Positions 29,056-38,274 of a DNA stretch of 64,000 nt are shown one piece after another. Each line of letters starts with the position of its first letter. Position 1 is the first letter of the stretch. The translations under genes and the position numbers were made by a program. Source of the stretch: Trueperaceae bacterium (GTDB taxonomy: Bacteria > Deinococcota > Deinococci > Deinococcales > Trueperaceae); the NCBI GenBank assembly GCA_965213925.1, contig OZ243927.1, positions 3,744,001 to 3,808,000 of the forward strand. Reading direction: 5' to 3'. Under the pieces are notes generated by a model that saw nothing but the letters and a program-made list of their open reading frames with translations, was not told where the DNA came from and did no database searches.

Positions 29056-29946
29056 TTGAATATTGTCTCCTCGCTTAACGACTTAAACTTGACGGGCGCG
29101 GTCATCTGCATCGGCAACTTCGACGGCGTTCACTTGGGTCATCAAATGCTTTTAGAAGAGATGCGCGAGGTCAGTGAGCGTCAAAACGCGCCGAGCATCG
29201 TTATCACCTTTTTTCCCCCTGCCAAAGTCGTGTTTGGCAAAGGTAGCTACCTAACGAGCCGTGAAGAGAAAATCCACCTCTTGAGGGCGTTCGAGCCGGA
29301 CGCTGTAGTGATGACGGAGTTTAGCCTCGAGTACGCCCAAACTCCCAAAGAGGTCTTTTTGGACGAGCTGCGCCGCGTGAGTCCGAGCCACATTATCGTC
29401 GGCGAGGATTTTCGCTTCGGGCATAAGCGAAGTGGCGGCTTGGACGATTTGCAGCACGTCACCGAGCGCTTAGAGGTCTTCGGGCTAAAAAAGCTAGGCG
29501 ATGACCCCATCAAATCTTCGCGCATCCGCGAACTTTTACAAGCCGGGAAGGTTGAGGAGGCGAGGCGGTTTTTGGGCTACAGCTATCTCGCTATCGGTGA
29601 GGTCGCCCAAGGCGAAAAGCGCGGGCGCAGCATCGGTTTTCCAACGGCGAATATCAAGCTACCGCCCGAAAAGGCGCTACCCCTTGGCGTGTTTGCCGTC
29701 CGAGTAGAAGCGCCGCAGGGGACTTTTGGCGGCATGGCGAACGTCGGACCGCGCCCGAGTTTTCCCGAGGAGCCGCCCTCCGTAGAGGTCTACCTCTTCG
29801 ACTTTGAGGGCGACCTCTACGGAGAAACGCTCACCGTGTCGTTCGAGCACTTTATACGCGGCCAGGTTAAGTTTTCAGGCTTGGAAGAGGTCAAAGCGCA
29901 GCTCGCTAAAGATGAGGAGCAAGCAAGAGGTCTTTTGCGAAGCTAG
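29056..29946 (+). CDS. ribF: Riboflavin kinase/FAD synthetase
   Basis: 'GNFDGVHLGHQ', 'GFPTAN', 'NVGPRPSF'. Confidence 0.96.
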   Translation: MNIVSSLNDLNLTGAVICIGNFDGVHLGHQMLLEEMREVSERQNAPSIVITFFPPAKVVFGKGSYLTSREEKIHLLRAFEPDAVVMTEFSLEYAQTPKEVFLDELRRVSPSHIIVGEDFRFGHKRSGGLDDLQHVTERLEVFGLKKLGDDPIKSSRIRELLQAGKVEEARRFLGYSYLAIGEVAQGEKRGRSIGFPTANIKLPPEKALPLGVFAVRVEAPQGTFGGMANVGPRPSFPEEPPSVEVYLFDFEGDLYGETLTVSFEHFIRGQVKFSGLEEVKAQLAKDEEQARGLLRS

Positions 29947-30497
29947 CCAAAGATTTCGCCTAGCGGAAGTTCCCAATTGGGGAAAAGCGGTGAGGTCAGC
30001 GTGTCCCCTTTTTTAAGTACGCGGAACATCTCGTTAGGTCTATAGACCGTTAGCGTGCGCTGCTCTGACTCAAGAATCCAAACCTCTTTCGCTCCGAAAA
30101 AGAGCCATTCATAGACCTTCTCAGCAACCTCATTGGGGCGATCATTGGGTGAAACGACCTCTACCGCTAAATCTGGCGTGCCTTTACGGTAGCCCTTAAC
30201 GGACGCCTGTCTCTCTAAATTCGCCTGACTGATAAAGGCGGCGTCAGGGGCGCGAACCGTGTCTGGATTTTCAGTTAATTTGAAACCTGTCTCAGCGGCG
30301 TAAACGTATCCTAAACCGTTCTCTTCGACAAACCGCGCGAGACGCCAGCCTAACTTCATAGCCAACTTCCCGTGTTCTTCTCCTGCTGGGGACACCTGAC
30401 GCAATTCTCCTCGGAAGAGTTCGTAGCGGTAGCCGTCGTCTGAAAGATGCAAAAGCTCCTCAGCCGTGACGGGTTTATCTTTGGGTAGGGTGCTCAT
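29943..30497 (-). CDS. Uma2-family endonuclease-like protein
   Basis: 'YELFRGEL', 'VRAPDAAF', 'PDLAVEVVSP'. Confidence 0.92.
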   Translation of the reverse strand: MSTLPKDKPVTAEELLHLSDDGYRYELFRGELRQVSPAGEEHGKLAMKLGWRLARFVEENGLGYVYAAETGFKLTENPDTVRAPDAAFISQANLERQASVKGYRKGTPDLAVEVVSPNDRPNEVAEKVYEWLFFGAKEVWILESEQRTLTVYRPNEMFRVLKKGDTLTSPLFPNWELPLGEIFG

Positions 30498-30538
30498 AAG
30501 GTTGGTTCGATTTTAGCATGGGCTCGAGCTGCTTCACG

Positions 30539-31312
30539 TCACCGCTTCATCATCTCATCGAAAAAGAGCCCACGCATCCTCAGCCGGTAGTTCTGCGGGG
30601 ACGTATCGATGGTGAGGTAGCAAAACTCCTCCCCGTGACCGTTCGTGTCGAGCAGTATGGCGCGTCCTTGCGACGCTACGTTGACGCCGCCGCGCACAGG
30701 CGTGTGACCGTACACCCCTAAGCGGTAGGGCGTCTCGGCTAAGAAGTCGCGGTTTTCGTAAATCCAGCGGCGGCGGTTTTCCAGATAGAAGCCGCTGTCG
30801 TAGCGGTTGTGCTCCGCCCGAGGCCCAACGTGAGCGAAGTGGATGTTGTCGATGACCACTTGGAAGGGCCAGCTCGTGATCCAGGCGCGCAGTTCGGGCT
30901 CGAGTTCGCTGCCGTAACCTCTCGTCCACTCGAAGTGTGAAACGTCGTCCGTGCGCAGCGGTCCCTGCTCGTCACTCACCGCGTTGAAGTCGTGGTTGCC
31001 CATGAGAATGACCATCCGCTCGCCCACTGCGTCTTGAAACGCTTTGACCTCTCGCAAAAAGCTCACCTGCGCCTTCTCGGCCTTGGCGAGGTGCTGGGGA
31101 TTGTGCTCATCGTAGGCGCGCACGCCCGCCAAGGCGCTGTAGCGCTCGCGGCTCTTGGCGTGAACGAGGTCGCCCAACAAGATGAGCTTGACGTTCGGGT
31201 CGCGCATCCTTTCGGTGGGGCGGCGCTCGGCGTCGGCGAGCCCCGCGCGTTGCAGCATGGTCCAGAGCTTAGCGGCTTGTGTGTGAATGTCTCCGATGAC
31301 GACTAGGTGCAT
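30539..31312 (-). CDS. Calcineurin-like metallophosphoesterase
   Basis: Motifs GDIH, GDLVH, GNHD, AH, GHTP. Confidence 0.9.
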   Translation of the reverse strand: MHLVVIGDIHTQAAKLWTMLQRAGLADAERRPTERMRDPNVKLILLGDLVHAKSRERYSALAGVRAYDEHNPQHLAKAEKAQVSFLREVKAFQDAVGERMVILMGNHDFNAVSDEQGPLRTDDVSHFEWTRGYGSELEPELRAWITSWPFQVVIDNIHFAHVGPRAEHNRYDSGFYLENRRRWIYENRDFLAETPYRLGVYGHTPVRGGVNVASQGRAILLDTNGHGEEFCYLTIDTSPQNYRLRMRGLFFDEMMKR

Positions 31313-33003
31313 AACGGGTTCCCTGCCTGAAGGTGAGGTTGACGTGCGCGGCGCAGCGCTCGGTGGGTTTGGTCGGTGAGACGCACAGTGCCCCAGCGTA
31401 CCTGTAGCCAGCCCCCTTCCACAAGCCACGTGCAAAAGGTCTGCACCTCTTCGGCGTCCCAGTGGGTAAATTGGGGGTGACGCGCCAACACGTCCGTGAG
31501 CCTGCGTCGTGGGATACCCGGTGAGACGGTGCCGAATACAGCGTAAGCGTCTTCGGTGAGCGGCGCACTCGTTGTTGGGTCACAGCGGTCACAGGCGCAC
31601 GCGGCGGGTGTCGCTACGTCACCGAAATAAGCGAGGATGGCGCGGCGGCGGCACGTCGGGCGCTCGGCGTAGCCTGTCATCCCCCTAAGGAGCGCGTAGC
31701 GAGCGCGTTTACGCTGCGACAGTAGCGCGTCCAAAGCACTAAAGTCGGGGAGTTGCGCACCGAAAGGTTGCTCGAGCGCTACGCCCAGCCCTTCACGCTG
31801 ACGCTCCGAACGTATGACCCCTTGCTCAGCGAGAATCTTCAAGCCGGTCGTGAACTTGCCTCTAGGCAACTCGAGTCCCGCCCTCACCTCTTTTGCCGAC
31901 GCACTGCCGTGATGACGCAGGTACAGGTAAATCCGCTTGAGGTCCAAGGCGCTCACGCTGCCTGACTCGACGAGGCTCGCTTGCAGCGCGGCGTCTTGTG
32001 GCACGTAGAGGAGCGTACACGTCGCCGCCGCACCGTCTCGCCCGGCGCGTCCGGCTTCTTGGTAATAGGATTCTAAGGTTCCCGGCATCTGATAGTGCAG
32101 CACGAAGCGCACGTCCGGCTTGTCCACGCCCATCCCGAAAGCGTTCGTCGCGACCATGAGGTCGAGCGTTCCGCTCAAGAAGGCATCTTGGACGTCAGCC
32201 CTGGTGGGTGCGTCGTAGCCGCCGTGGTAGCTTGCGCTCCGCCAACCCCAACGTGCTACCTCTTGACTCAGCACCTCCGTCTCCTTGCGCGTACCCGCGT
32301 AGATAATACCCGGACCCTCCTGTCGCTCCAAAAACGCTTTCAGCAGCGCAGATTTCGCCGTCCGAGTGGGCGCAGCCCATACGCGGTAGGTGAGGTTGGG
32401 GCGGTCGAAGCCCGTGGCGACACGCACCGGCTGCTGCAAGTCGAGAACGCTAATGATGTCTTCTTGAACCCTCGTCGTCGCGGTCGCGGTGAGCGCAGTG
32501 ACGCTCGGGCAGCCCAACGCTTCGCGAAACGCACCTAGCTCGCGGTAGTCGGGGCGAAAGTCGTGCCCCCATTCCGAGATGCAGTGCGCTTCGTCCACGA
32601 CCAACCTGACGACGTTGACACGTTTTAGCGTCGCTACAAAGTCAGGATTCGCCAGTCGTTCCGGCGCGAGATAAAGCAGCGAAAGCTCGCTCAAGTTGCG
32701 CAGCGCGGCGCGCTGCTCGGCTGCCGAGAGCGAACTGTTGAGCGCCGCCGCCGGGATACCCCTAGCGCGGAGCGCGTCCACTTGGTCTTTCATCAGCGCG
32801 ATAAGCGGGCTCACCACGAGCGTCAAGCCGGGCGCGGCGAGCGCGGGAAGCTGGTACGTCAGCGATTTCCCCGCGCCCGTCGGCATAACGGCGAGCACGT
32901 CACGCCCGACCAAGGCAGCGGCAACGACCTCTTCCTGACCGGGGCGAAAGGAGGAAAACCCGAAGTAGCGGCGCAGAAGGGCTTCAGCGGTGCCTAATCT
33001 CAT
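31303..33003 (-). CDS. recQ: RecQ-family ATP-dependent DNA helicase
   Basis: 'PTGAGKS', 'DEAHCISEWGHDFRP', 'QEAGRAGRDG', Zn site 'CRR...CACDRC'; no HRDC domain evident. Confidence 0.92.
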   Translation of the reverse strand: MRLGTAEALLRRYFGFSSFRPGQEEVVAAALVGRDVLAVMPTGAGKSLTYQLPALAAPGLTLVVSPLIALMKDQVDALRARGIPAAALNSSLSAAEQRAALRNLSELSLLYLAPERLANPDFVATLKRVNVVRLVVDEAHCISEWGHDFRPDYRELGAFREALGCPSVTALTATATTRVQEDIISVLDLQQPVRVATGFDRPNLTYRVWAAPTRTAKSALLKAFLERQEGPGIIYAGTRKETEVLSQEVARWGWRSASYHGGYDAPTRADVQDAFLSGTLDLMVATNAFGMGVDKPDVRFVLHYQMPGTLESYYQEAGRAGRDGAAATCTLLYVPQDAALQASLVESGSVSALDLKRIYLYLRHHGSASAKEVRAGLELPRGKFTTGLKILAEQGVIRSERQREGLGVALEQPFGAQLPDFSALDALLSQRKRARYALLRGMTGYAERPTCRRRAILAYFGDVATPAACACDRCDPTTSAPLTEDAYAVFGTVSPGIPRRRLTDVLARHPQFTHWDAEEVQTFCTWLVEGGWLQVRWGTVRLTDQTHRALRRARQPHLQAGNPLCT

Positions 33004-33079
33004 CGGCATCAGTCTAACAGCGCGCCGCGCGGGGAGGTGTGGCGGGTTGGGCATCCGACGCAAAGAAGCGTGGTTCAGT

Positions 33080-34174
33080 TTAGGGAAGCTGCGCGGTACG
33101 CTCTAAAAAGGGCAGCGGGTCCACCGCTTTGCCGTCGATACGCACCTCAAAGTGCAGGTGCGAGCCCGTCGCTGTCCCTGTCGCACCGACCTTTGCGAGA
33201 AGCTGACCCGCGCGGACGGGCGTGCCGACGCTCACGAGCAGCTCCGAAGCGTGCGCGTAGTAGTACTCGATATTACCCGACGTGACGATAACGGTGTTGC
33301 CGTAGCCCGTGCGCCAGCCGCTATAGGTGACGGTGCCCGGCATCGCAGCGACGATAGGGTCGCCCGTCACGCCGTCTACGTCGAGACCGTAGTGATATGT
33401 CTGCCCGAAGAGGTAGCGCGGCCCGAAGCTCGAGGTGATGGGTCCCACGATAGGCCAAACCATGCCCGAGGTTGCACCGGGAAATGCGGTCGCCGTGTCG
33501 GTCGGCACCGAGAGCCGCTGACCGGGGTTGAGAACGTCACTGACGAGGTCGTTCTCCCGCATGAGCGCCTCTACCGTCGTGCCGTTACGCTCGGCGATCT
33601 CCGCGAGCGACTCGCCCGCCGCGACGGTTACAGAAGGCGCAGCGCCGCCCCCTTGGTCCGCTTCGTTGGCGTAGTGACCGGGGATGGTGAGTCTGTCGCC
33701 CGGATTGAGGGAGGCTTGGTCGGGGAGCCCGTTCGCCTCGCTCAGCGCCGTCACGTCCACGCCGAAACGCCCCGCGATAACCCAGAGCGACTCGCCCGGT
33801 TCGACCGTCACCACTAAAGGTGCAGCCGTTCCGCTCAATTTGAGCCGCTGCCCGACCGCGAGGTCCGTGCTCCGCAAACCGTTAAGCGCGACGAGCGCGT
33901 TCACCGTCGTTCCCGCTGAGGCGGCAATCTGACTGAGGGTGTCGCCGGGCTGCACGACGTAGCTCGTATCCAAGCTCGGCATTTGCAAAACTGCGCCGAC
34001 CATGAGGTCGGTGCCCGACAAATTGTTCGTTTCTAAGATGACTTCGGGCGTCGTCCCATAACGTTGCGCGAGACTACTAAGCGTATCACCCTGTTGAACG
34101 ACGACTTCTTGCGCGTGAGAGGCGAGGAAAAGCAAAGCGGACACGAGTATAGGAGCAAGTCGAAGCGCTAACAT
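33080..34174 (-). CDS. LysM x4 / M23 peptidase
   Basis: Signal peptide, four LysM repeats, 'HYGLD' and 'HLHFEV'. Confidence 0.95.
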   Translation of the reverse strand: MLALRLAPILVSALLFLASHAQEVVVQQGDTLSSLAQRYGTTPEVILETNNLSGTDLMVGAVLQMPSLDTSYVVQPGDTLSQIAASAGTTVNALVALNGLRSTDLAVGQRLKLSGTAAPLVVTVEPGESLWVIAGRFGVDVTALSEANGLPDQASLNPGDRLTIPGHYANEADQGGGAAPSVTVAAGESLAEIAERNGTTVEALMRENDLVSDVLNPGQRLSVPTDTATAFPGATSGMVWPIVGPITSSFGPRYLFGQTYHYGLDVDGVTGDPIVAAMPGTVTYSGWRTGYGNTVIVTSGNIEYYYAHASELLVSVGTPVRAGQLLAKVGATGTATGSHLHFEVRIDGKAVDPLPFLERTAQLP

Positions 34175-34264
34175 CGTGAGCAGTGTAACAAATAAATGAT
34201 GAGAAGTGAAGTTTCGTACATTTTCGTCTCATCCGGGAGACTTGAGAATAGTGTAGAAGCGCCC

Positions 34265-35146
34265 TCACTTCAAGCTGCCATCTAACGTGAGCAACCCCTT
34301 GTAAAGCTCCGGTCTGCGGTCCCGAAAAAATCCGAAGCCAGCCCGAAAGGTCTGCGCTTTAGCGAAGTCTAAGTCAGCGTAGACAACCATCTCGGACGAC
34401 TCATCCGCTTCGGCGAGCGTTTCGCCCGTGTAATCGCTGACGAAGGAGCCGCCGTAGAAGGTCGCCTCACCCTCCCTTCCAACGCGGTTCGCCGCCGCCA
34501 CATAGCACGAATTCGAGACCGCGTGCCCCACCATCGCCCGCTGCCACATCGCCTTGGTTTCGAGGGGCGGCGTCTCGAGCCCCCCCGCTTCTTGCGGCTC
34601 CGAGCCTATAGCCGTCGGGTAGAGCAAGAGGTCCGCGCCCTGGAGCGCCATCGCCCGCGCCGCCTCGGGGAACCACTGGTCCCAACAGATCGCCACGCCG
34701 ACCACGCCGAACTTCGTGCGCCACGCTTTGAAGCCCGTGTCGCCCACGTTGAAGTAATACTTCTCCTCATAGCCCGGACCGTCGGGGATATGGCTCTTGC
34801 GGTACACGCCTAAGTTCGTGCCGTCTGCGTCGAATATCATCAGCGAATTGAAATAGGTCTGATTCGCCTTCTCGAAGAAGGAAACGGGGAGGACGACGCC
34901 CAGCTCTTCAGCAAGTGCTCCGAACCTCTCCAGAAAGGGATGTCCTTCAATTGGATGCGCTAAGGCGAAGAGGTCTTCGCGCTCGAGCTGCGGAAAGTAA
35001 AGGCTCTCGAAGAGTTCTTGCAGCAAGACGATGTTCGCGCCCCCCGAAGCCGCTTCGCGCACCATGCGCTCAGCTTTGGCGAGGTTCGTCTCCAAGTCGT
35101 CCGAGCATGACATCTGAACCACGGCGAGTTTCACGTTATCCGCCAT
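34265..35146 (-). CDS. aguB: N-carbamoylputrescine amidase
   Basis: 'RKSHIPDGPGYEEKYYF', 'ICWDQWFPE', 'YPTAIGSEP'. Confidence 0.93.
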   Translation of the reverse strand: MADNVKLAVVQMSCSDDLETNLAKAERMVREAASGGANIVLLQELFESLYFPQLEREDLFALAHPIEGHPFLERFGALAEELGVVLPVSFFEKANQTYFNSLMIFDADGTNLGVYRKSHIPDGPGYEEKYYFNVGDTGFKAWRTKFGVVGVAICWDQWFPEAARAMALQGADLLLYPTAIGSEPQEAGGLETPPLETKAMWQRAMVGHAVSNSCYVAAANRVGREGEATFYGGSFVSDYTGETLAEADESSEMVVYADLDFAKAQTFRAGFGFFRDRRPELYKGLLTLDGSLK

Positions 35147-36209
35147 AGACTTCTCCCTCGGGCTGCTGCTGCGTGACGCAGTGAAACGCGCCGCCGCCCG
35201 TAATCAAACTCGTCGCCTTTAAGCCGATGACCTCTCGGTTGGGAAAAAGAGGTCGTACAATCTCTAGGGCTCGTTCGTCGTTCGCGTCGTCGTAGATAGG
35301 GACGATAACGAAGCCGTTACCAACGTAGAAATTCGCATACGTCAGAGGCAAACGCACGCCGTCAAGCTCCTTGCGCTTTTGTGGCAGTGGCAGTTCGACG
35401 ATCTTGTAGGGATTGCCCTCGCCGTTGCGCAAGGTCTGAAGAAGCGAGAGGTTGTGCTGCATCGCCTTAAAGTTCGCGTCGTCCTCGTCTTCTTCTGCCG
35501 AGCAGAGGATCGTTTGGTCATCCGTAAAACGAATGATGGTGTCGATATGACCGTCCGTGTGGTCGCCCTCGAGCCCCGCCTCCAACCAAATCAGATGCTT
35601 GATTCCTAAGGCGTCACGCAGCACGACCTCAATCTCGCGTTGCGTCATGTTCGGGTTGCGGTGCTGCGATAATAGACACGAGCGCGTGGTGAGACACACC
35701 CCTCGACCGTTGAGTTCTAACGCGCCGCCCTCCATGATCTGCGGCAGCGCGAACCGCTTCATTCTCAGAAACTCGGCTACCTTTTGCGGCGCTCGGTCGT
35801 CGTCATCCCAGGGGCTATACTTCTCGCCCCAAGCGTTGAAGGTCCAGTCAGTCAGCGCCACCTTTCCTTCGGCGTTCTTCACGAAGAGAGGGCCGTTGTC
35901 ACGAAACCACACGTCATTTAAGGGAACGCGGTGAAAGGTGATGTTCTCTAAGCCGTTCTCAGTTCTCCCCAAACGCCTGCGCGCGTCCGCTTCGACCTCT
36001 TCGTCTCGCACGTTGAGTACTACAGGTTCGAAGCGCGCGACCGTCGCGATGAGCTGCGTGAACTCCTCGCGCACCCCTTCTAAATGTCCTTCCCACAAGT
36101 CGTCGTCGAAGGGAAAGCTCGTCCAGGTCGCGGCGTGGGGCGTCCACTCGGCGGGCATAGCGAAGCCCTGAGCGGCGGGTGATTCGGTTTTGTTCTTGCT
36201 TGTAGTCAC
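35136..36209 (-). CDS. aguA: Agmatine deiminase
   Basis: 'MPAEW', 'WFRDNGP', 'EGG', 'TDGHID', 'GGAFHCVTQQQP'. Confidence 0.95.
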   Translation of the reverse strand: MTTSKNKTESPAAQGFAMPAEWTPHAATWTSFPFDDDLWEGHLEGVREEFTQLIATVARFEPVVLNVRDEEVEADARRRLGRTENGLENITFHRVPLNDVWFRDNGPLFVKNAEGKVALTDWTFNAWGEKYSPWDDDDRAPQKVAEFLRMKRFALPQIMEGGALELNGRGVCLTTRSCLLSQHRNPNMTQREIEVVLRDALGIKHLIWLEAGLEGDHTDGHIDTIIRFTDDQTILCSAEEDEDDANFKAMQHNLSLLQTLRNGEGNPYKIVELPLPQKRKELDGVRLPLTYANFYVGNGFVIVPIYDDANDERALEIVRPLFPNREVIGLKATSLITGGGAFHCVTQQQPEGEVYGG

Positions 36210-36371
36210 TAGCGTTCAACTCCCAAAGGCGCAGAATAACGCGGCAGGAGTCGCGGGGCTGAAAGTTGGAACACGAGTCAACCGATTGGTTTTGTAGCGC
36301 AAACCTTTCAAGAACGGATTTGAAACCTGCCCTTACGCCGCTGCCTCGTTCACGCCTTTACACGGCGTTGT

Positions 36372-36399
36372 GTAGGGGTGATTCATGAATCACCCCTAC
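36372..36399. repeat. GTAG-type REP palindrome
   Basis: Perfect 28-bp palindrome GTAGGGGTGATTCATGAATCACCCCTAC. Confidence 0.85.
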
Positions 36400-36502
36400 G
36401 GATGAGCTGTAATCCTGATGCGCTGAGATGCTGACAAGCTGACTGGCCGCCTATGGTAAAACCTAGTGACATTCGCTTTTACTCTACTTGGGAGGCACAG
36501 TT

Positions 36503-37258
36503 GTGACACGCACCGCACTGATTACAGGGGGCTCGAGCGGCATCGGCAAGGCTTGCGCCGAAGCGCTCAGCAAAGATGGTATCAACATCGCTATCGCCGA
36601 CATCAACGAGGAGAAAGGGCAAGAGGTCGCCTCGGACTTAGACGGCGTCTTCATCAGTGCCGACCTGACGAACCGCGAGGGGTGCAAAGAGGCGGTGGAT
36701 AAAACCGTCCAGCATTACGAGGGTCTCGATATTTTGGTCAATAACGCGGGCTTTCAAAACATCGACCCCATCCCCGACTTCCCCGAAGACACTTGGGAGG
36801 ATATGATTGCGCTCATGCTCACCGCGCCCTTCTTGCTCAGCAAATACGCTTGGGCGCACCTCATCAAGTCGGGACACGGGCGCATCGTGAATATCGGCAG
36901 CGCGCATTCGCTGGTGGCGAGCCCCTACAAGGTTGCGTATATAACCGCGAAGCACGGACTCATGGGCTTTACGAAGGTGGCGGCGCTCGAGGGCGGCGAG
37001 CACGGCGTCACCTGTAACACGGTCTGCCCCGCCTACGTGCGCACGCCTTTAGTCGAGAAGCAGATCGAAGATCAAGCGAGAACGAGAGGCATAAGACCTG
37101 AAGAGGTCGAGGAGAAGGTGCTTTTGGAGCACACCGCGATTAAAAAGCTCTTAGAGCCCGAAGATGTCGGCGGTTACGTCTCGTATCTCTGCTCAGAGGG
37201 CGCGTGGGGGATTACGGGGACGGCGCAGACGATGGATTTGGGGTGGACAGCGAGTTAA
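36503..37258 (+). CDS. 3-hydroxybutyrate dehydrogenase (SDR)
   Basis: 'TGGSSGIG', 'NNAGFQ', '[20 protein letters not shown]', '[10 protein letters not shown]'. Confidence 0.9.
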   Translation: MTRTALITGGSSGIGKACAEALSKDGINIAIADINEEKGQEVASDLDGVFISADLTNREGCKEAVDKTVQHYEGLDILVNNAGFQNIDPIPDFPEDTWEDMIALMLTAPFLLSKYAWAHLIKSGHGRIVNIGSAHSLVASPYKVAYITAKHGLMGFTKVAALEGGEHGVTCNTVCPAYVRTPLVEKQIEDQARTRGIRPEEVEEKVLLEHTAIKKLLEPEDVGGYVSYLCSEGAWGITGTAQTMDLGWTAS

Positions 37259-37593
37259 AGTTGAGGCAACAAGCGCCGTAAGGTTTCCGTAACACCCTCT
37301 TCATCCTGCGGCGCAAGTTGACCTATCGTGCCATGAATGAGCCGATGGTCGAGCGTGAAGAGCTTCATGCGTACCACTGAAGGCGCAGGGAGTCCTGCTG
37401 CTGCTAAATCTTGTATCGCAACATCGAACGCCCACGGTGCATTTTTCTGACTCGTAATCATCGCCATCACACTGTGCCCTGCTGCGTCACCAAATTCCGC
37501 TGACGAGAGAACGAGTGCAGGGCGACGTTTAGAAACGTTACGGTCTGTGAATGGGAAGGGGACGACGACAGTTTGAAAGGGTTTGTAGCTCAT
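37255..37593 (-). CDS. PemK/MazF-family toxin
   Basis: 'VVPFPFTD...KRRPALVLS...AMITS'. Confidence 0.92.
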   Translation of the reverse strand: MSYKPFQTVVVPFPFTDRNVSKRRPALVLSSAEFGDAAGHSVMAMITSQKNAPWAFDVAIQDLAAAGLPAPSVVRMKLFTLDHRLIHGTIGQLAPQDEEGVTETLRRLLPQL

Positions 37594-37596
37594 CTC

Positions 37597-37839
37597 CTAC
37601 AAGTCGCTGTAAGCGTCGTCGTCGTGCTCGCTATTCCATTCGCTCAGCGTCGTTTCTAAATTCTCCAAGTATGCAAGGTCGAGCGGGGTCACTTTGCGCA
37701 AGATGACCTCTTCACCTTCAACGTGAAACGAGATGGTGTCTCCCGCTTTAAGATCTAACTTCTCACGAATCGCGCTCGGGACGGTAGCTTGAAATTTACT
37801 GGTTAGCCTCGAGGTAGGGTCAATTCGTCTGAGCTTCAT
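37597..37839 (-). CDS. AbrB/MazE-family antitoxin
   Basis: 'SRLTSKFQATVPSAIREKLDLKAGD', acidic tail 'EWNSEHDDDAY'. Confidence 0.92.
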   Translation of the reverse strand: MKLRRIDPTSRLTSKFQATVPSAIREKLDLKAGDTISFHVEGEEVILRKVTPLDLAYLENLETTLSEWNSEHDDDAYSDL

Positions 37840-37841
37840 AA

Positions 37842-37875
37842 GTAATACTGTATTACGTATTACACTCAAAAGCAA
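37842..37875 (-). promoter_or_regulatory. Leaderless TA promoter with overlapping operator
   Basis: Minus strand TTGCTT-N17-TACAGT-N7-ATG; palindrome GTAATAC-T-GTATTAC plus an extra GTATTAC half-site. Confidence 0.75.
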
Positions 37876-37958
37876 GAGGAACGCTCGCGCACACGCCTAT
37901 TTCTTCAAACGAGGTATACTGAATCTGCGCTTACCGCGCCCGCTGCTGAGAAGGACTT

Positions 37959-38070
37959 TAGTGGTTTCATATCTTACCGAGCGAAACTGTCGCAAGTATC
38001 ATCCCTGAATGTGGATGTAAAAGCGATGCTTTGTTCAGTGAGTCTGGCTCTGACCAGATGATACCTGCTA
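37959..38070 (-). repeat. MITE-like repeat family A, copy 3
   Basis: 112 bp bounded by TA; minus strand TAGCAGGTATCATCTGGTCA...GATGATACTTGCG...ACCACTA. Confidence 0.85.
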
Positions 38071-38274
38071 TCTCCAGGCGTTGCCCAACCGGCCACCAGC
38101 AGCGGAACGTCAAAACAATGGGAGCCCAACATGTCCACGAAAACTTAGCGGTCATTTTTTCCAGATAGGCTTGTCCTTTGGTCTCTGTGCTGTTGTAGCT
38201 CGAGACCTTCACCCCGTCGTCTGACATTTTTCGGAATGTCTGGGTAGGCGGCACATTCGCTTATGAGGGAAAAG

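Noticed and set aside
37959..37972. IS1 as the mobiliser of family A (TAGTGGTT resembles the IS1 end)
   Set aside because: The match is short and seen mainly in one copy; family A lacks GGT termini and 8-9 bp target duplications.
37935..38215. TPP (CTGAGA) or yybP-ykoY (CGTCAA, GAGACC) riboswitch
   Set aside because: Only isolated words match; the other required conserved blocks are absent.
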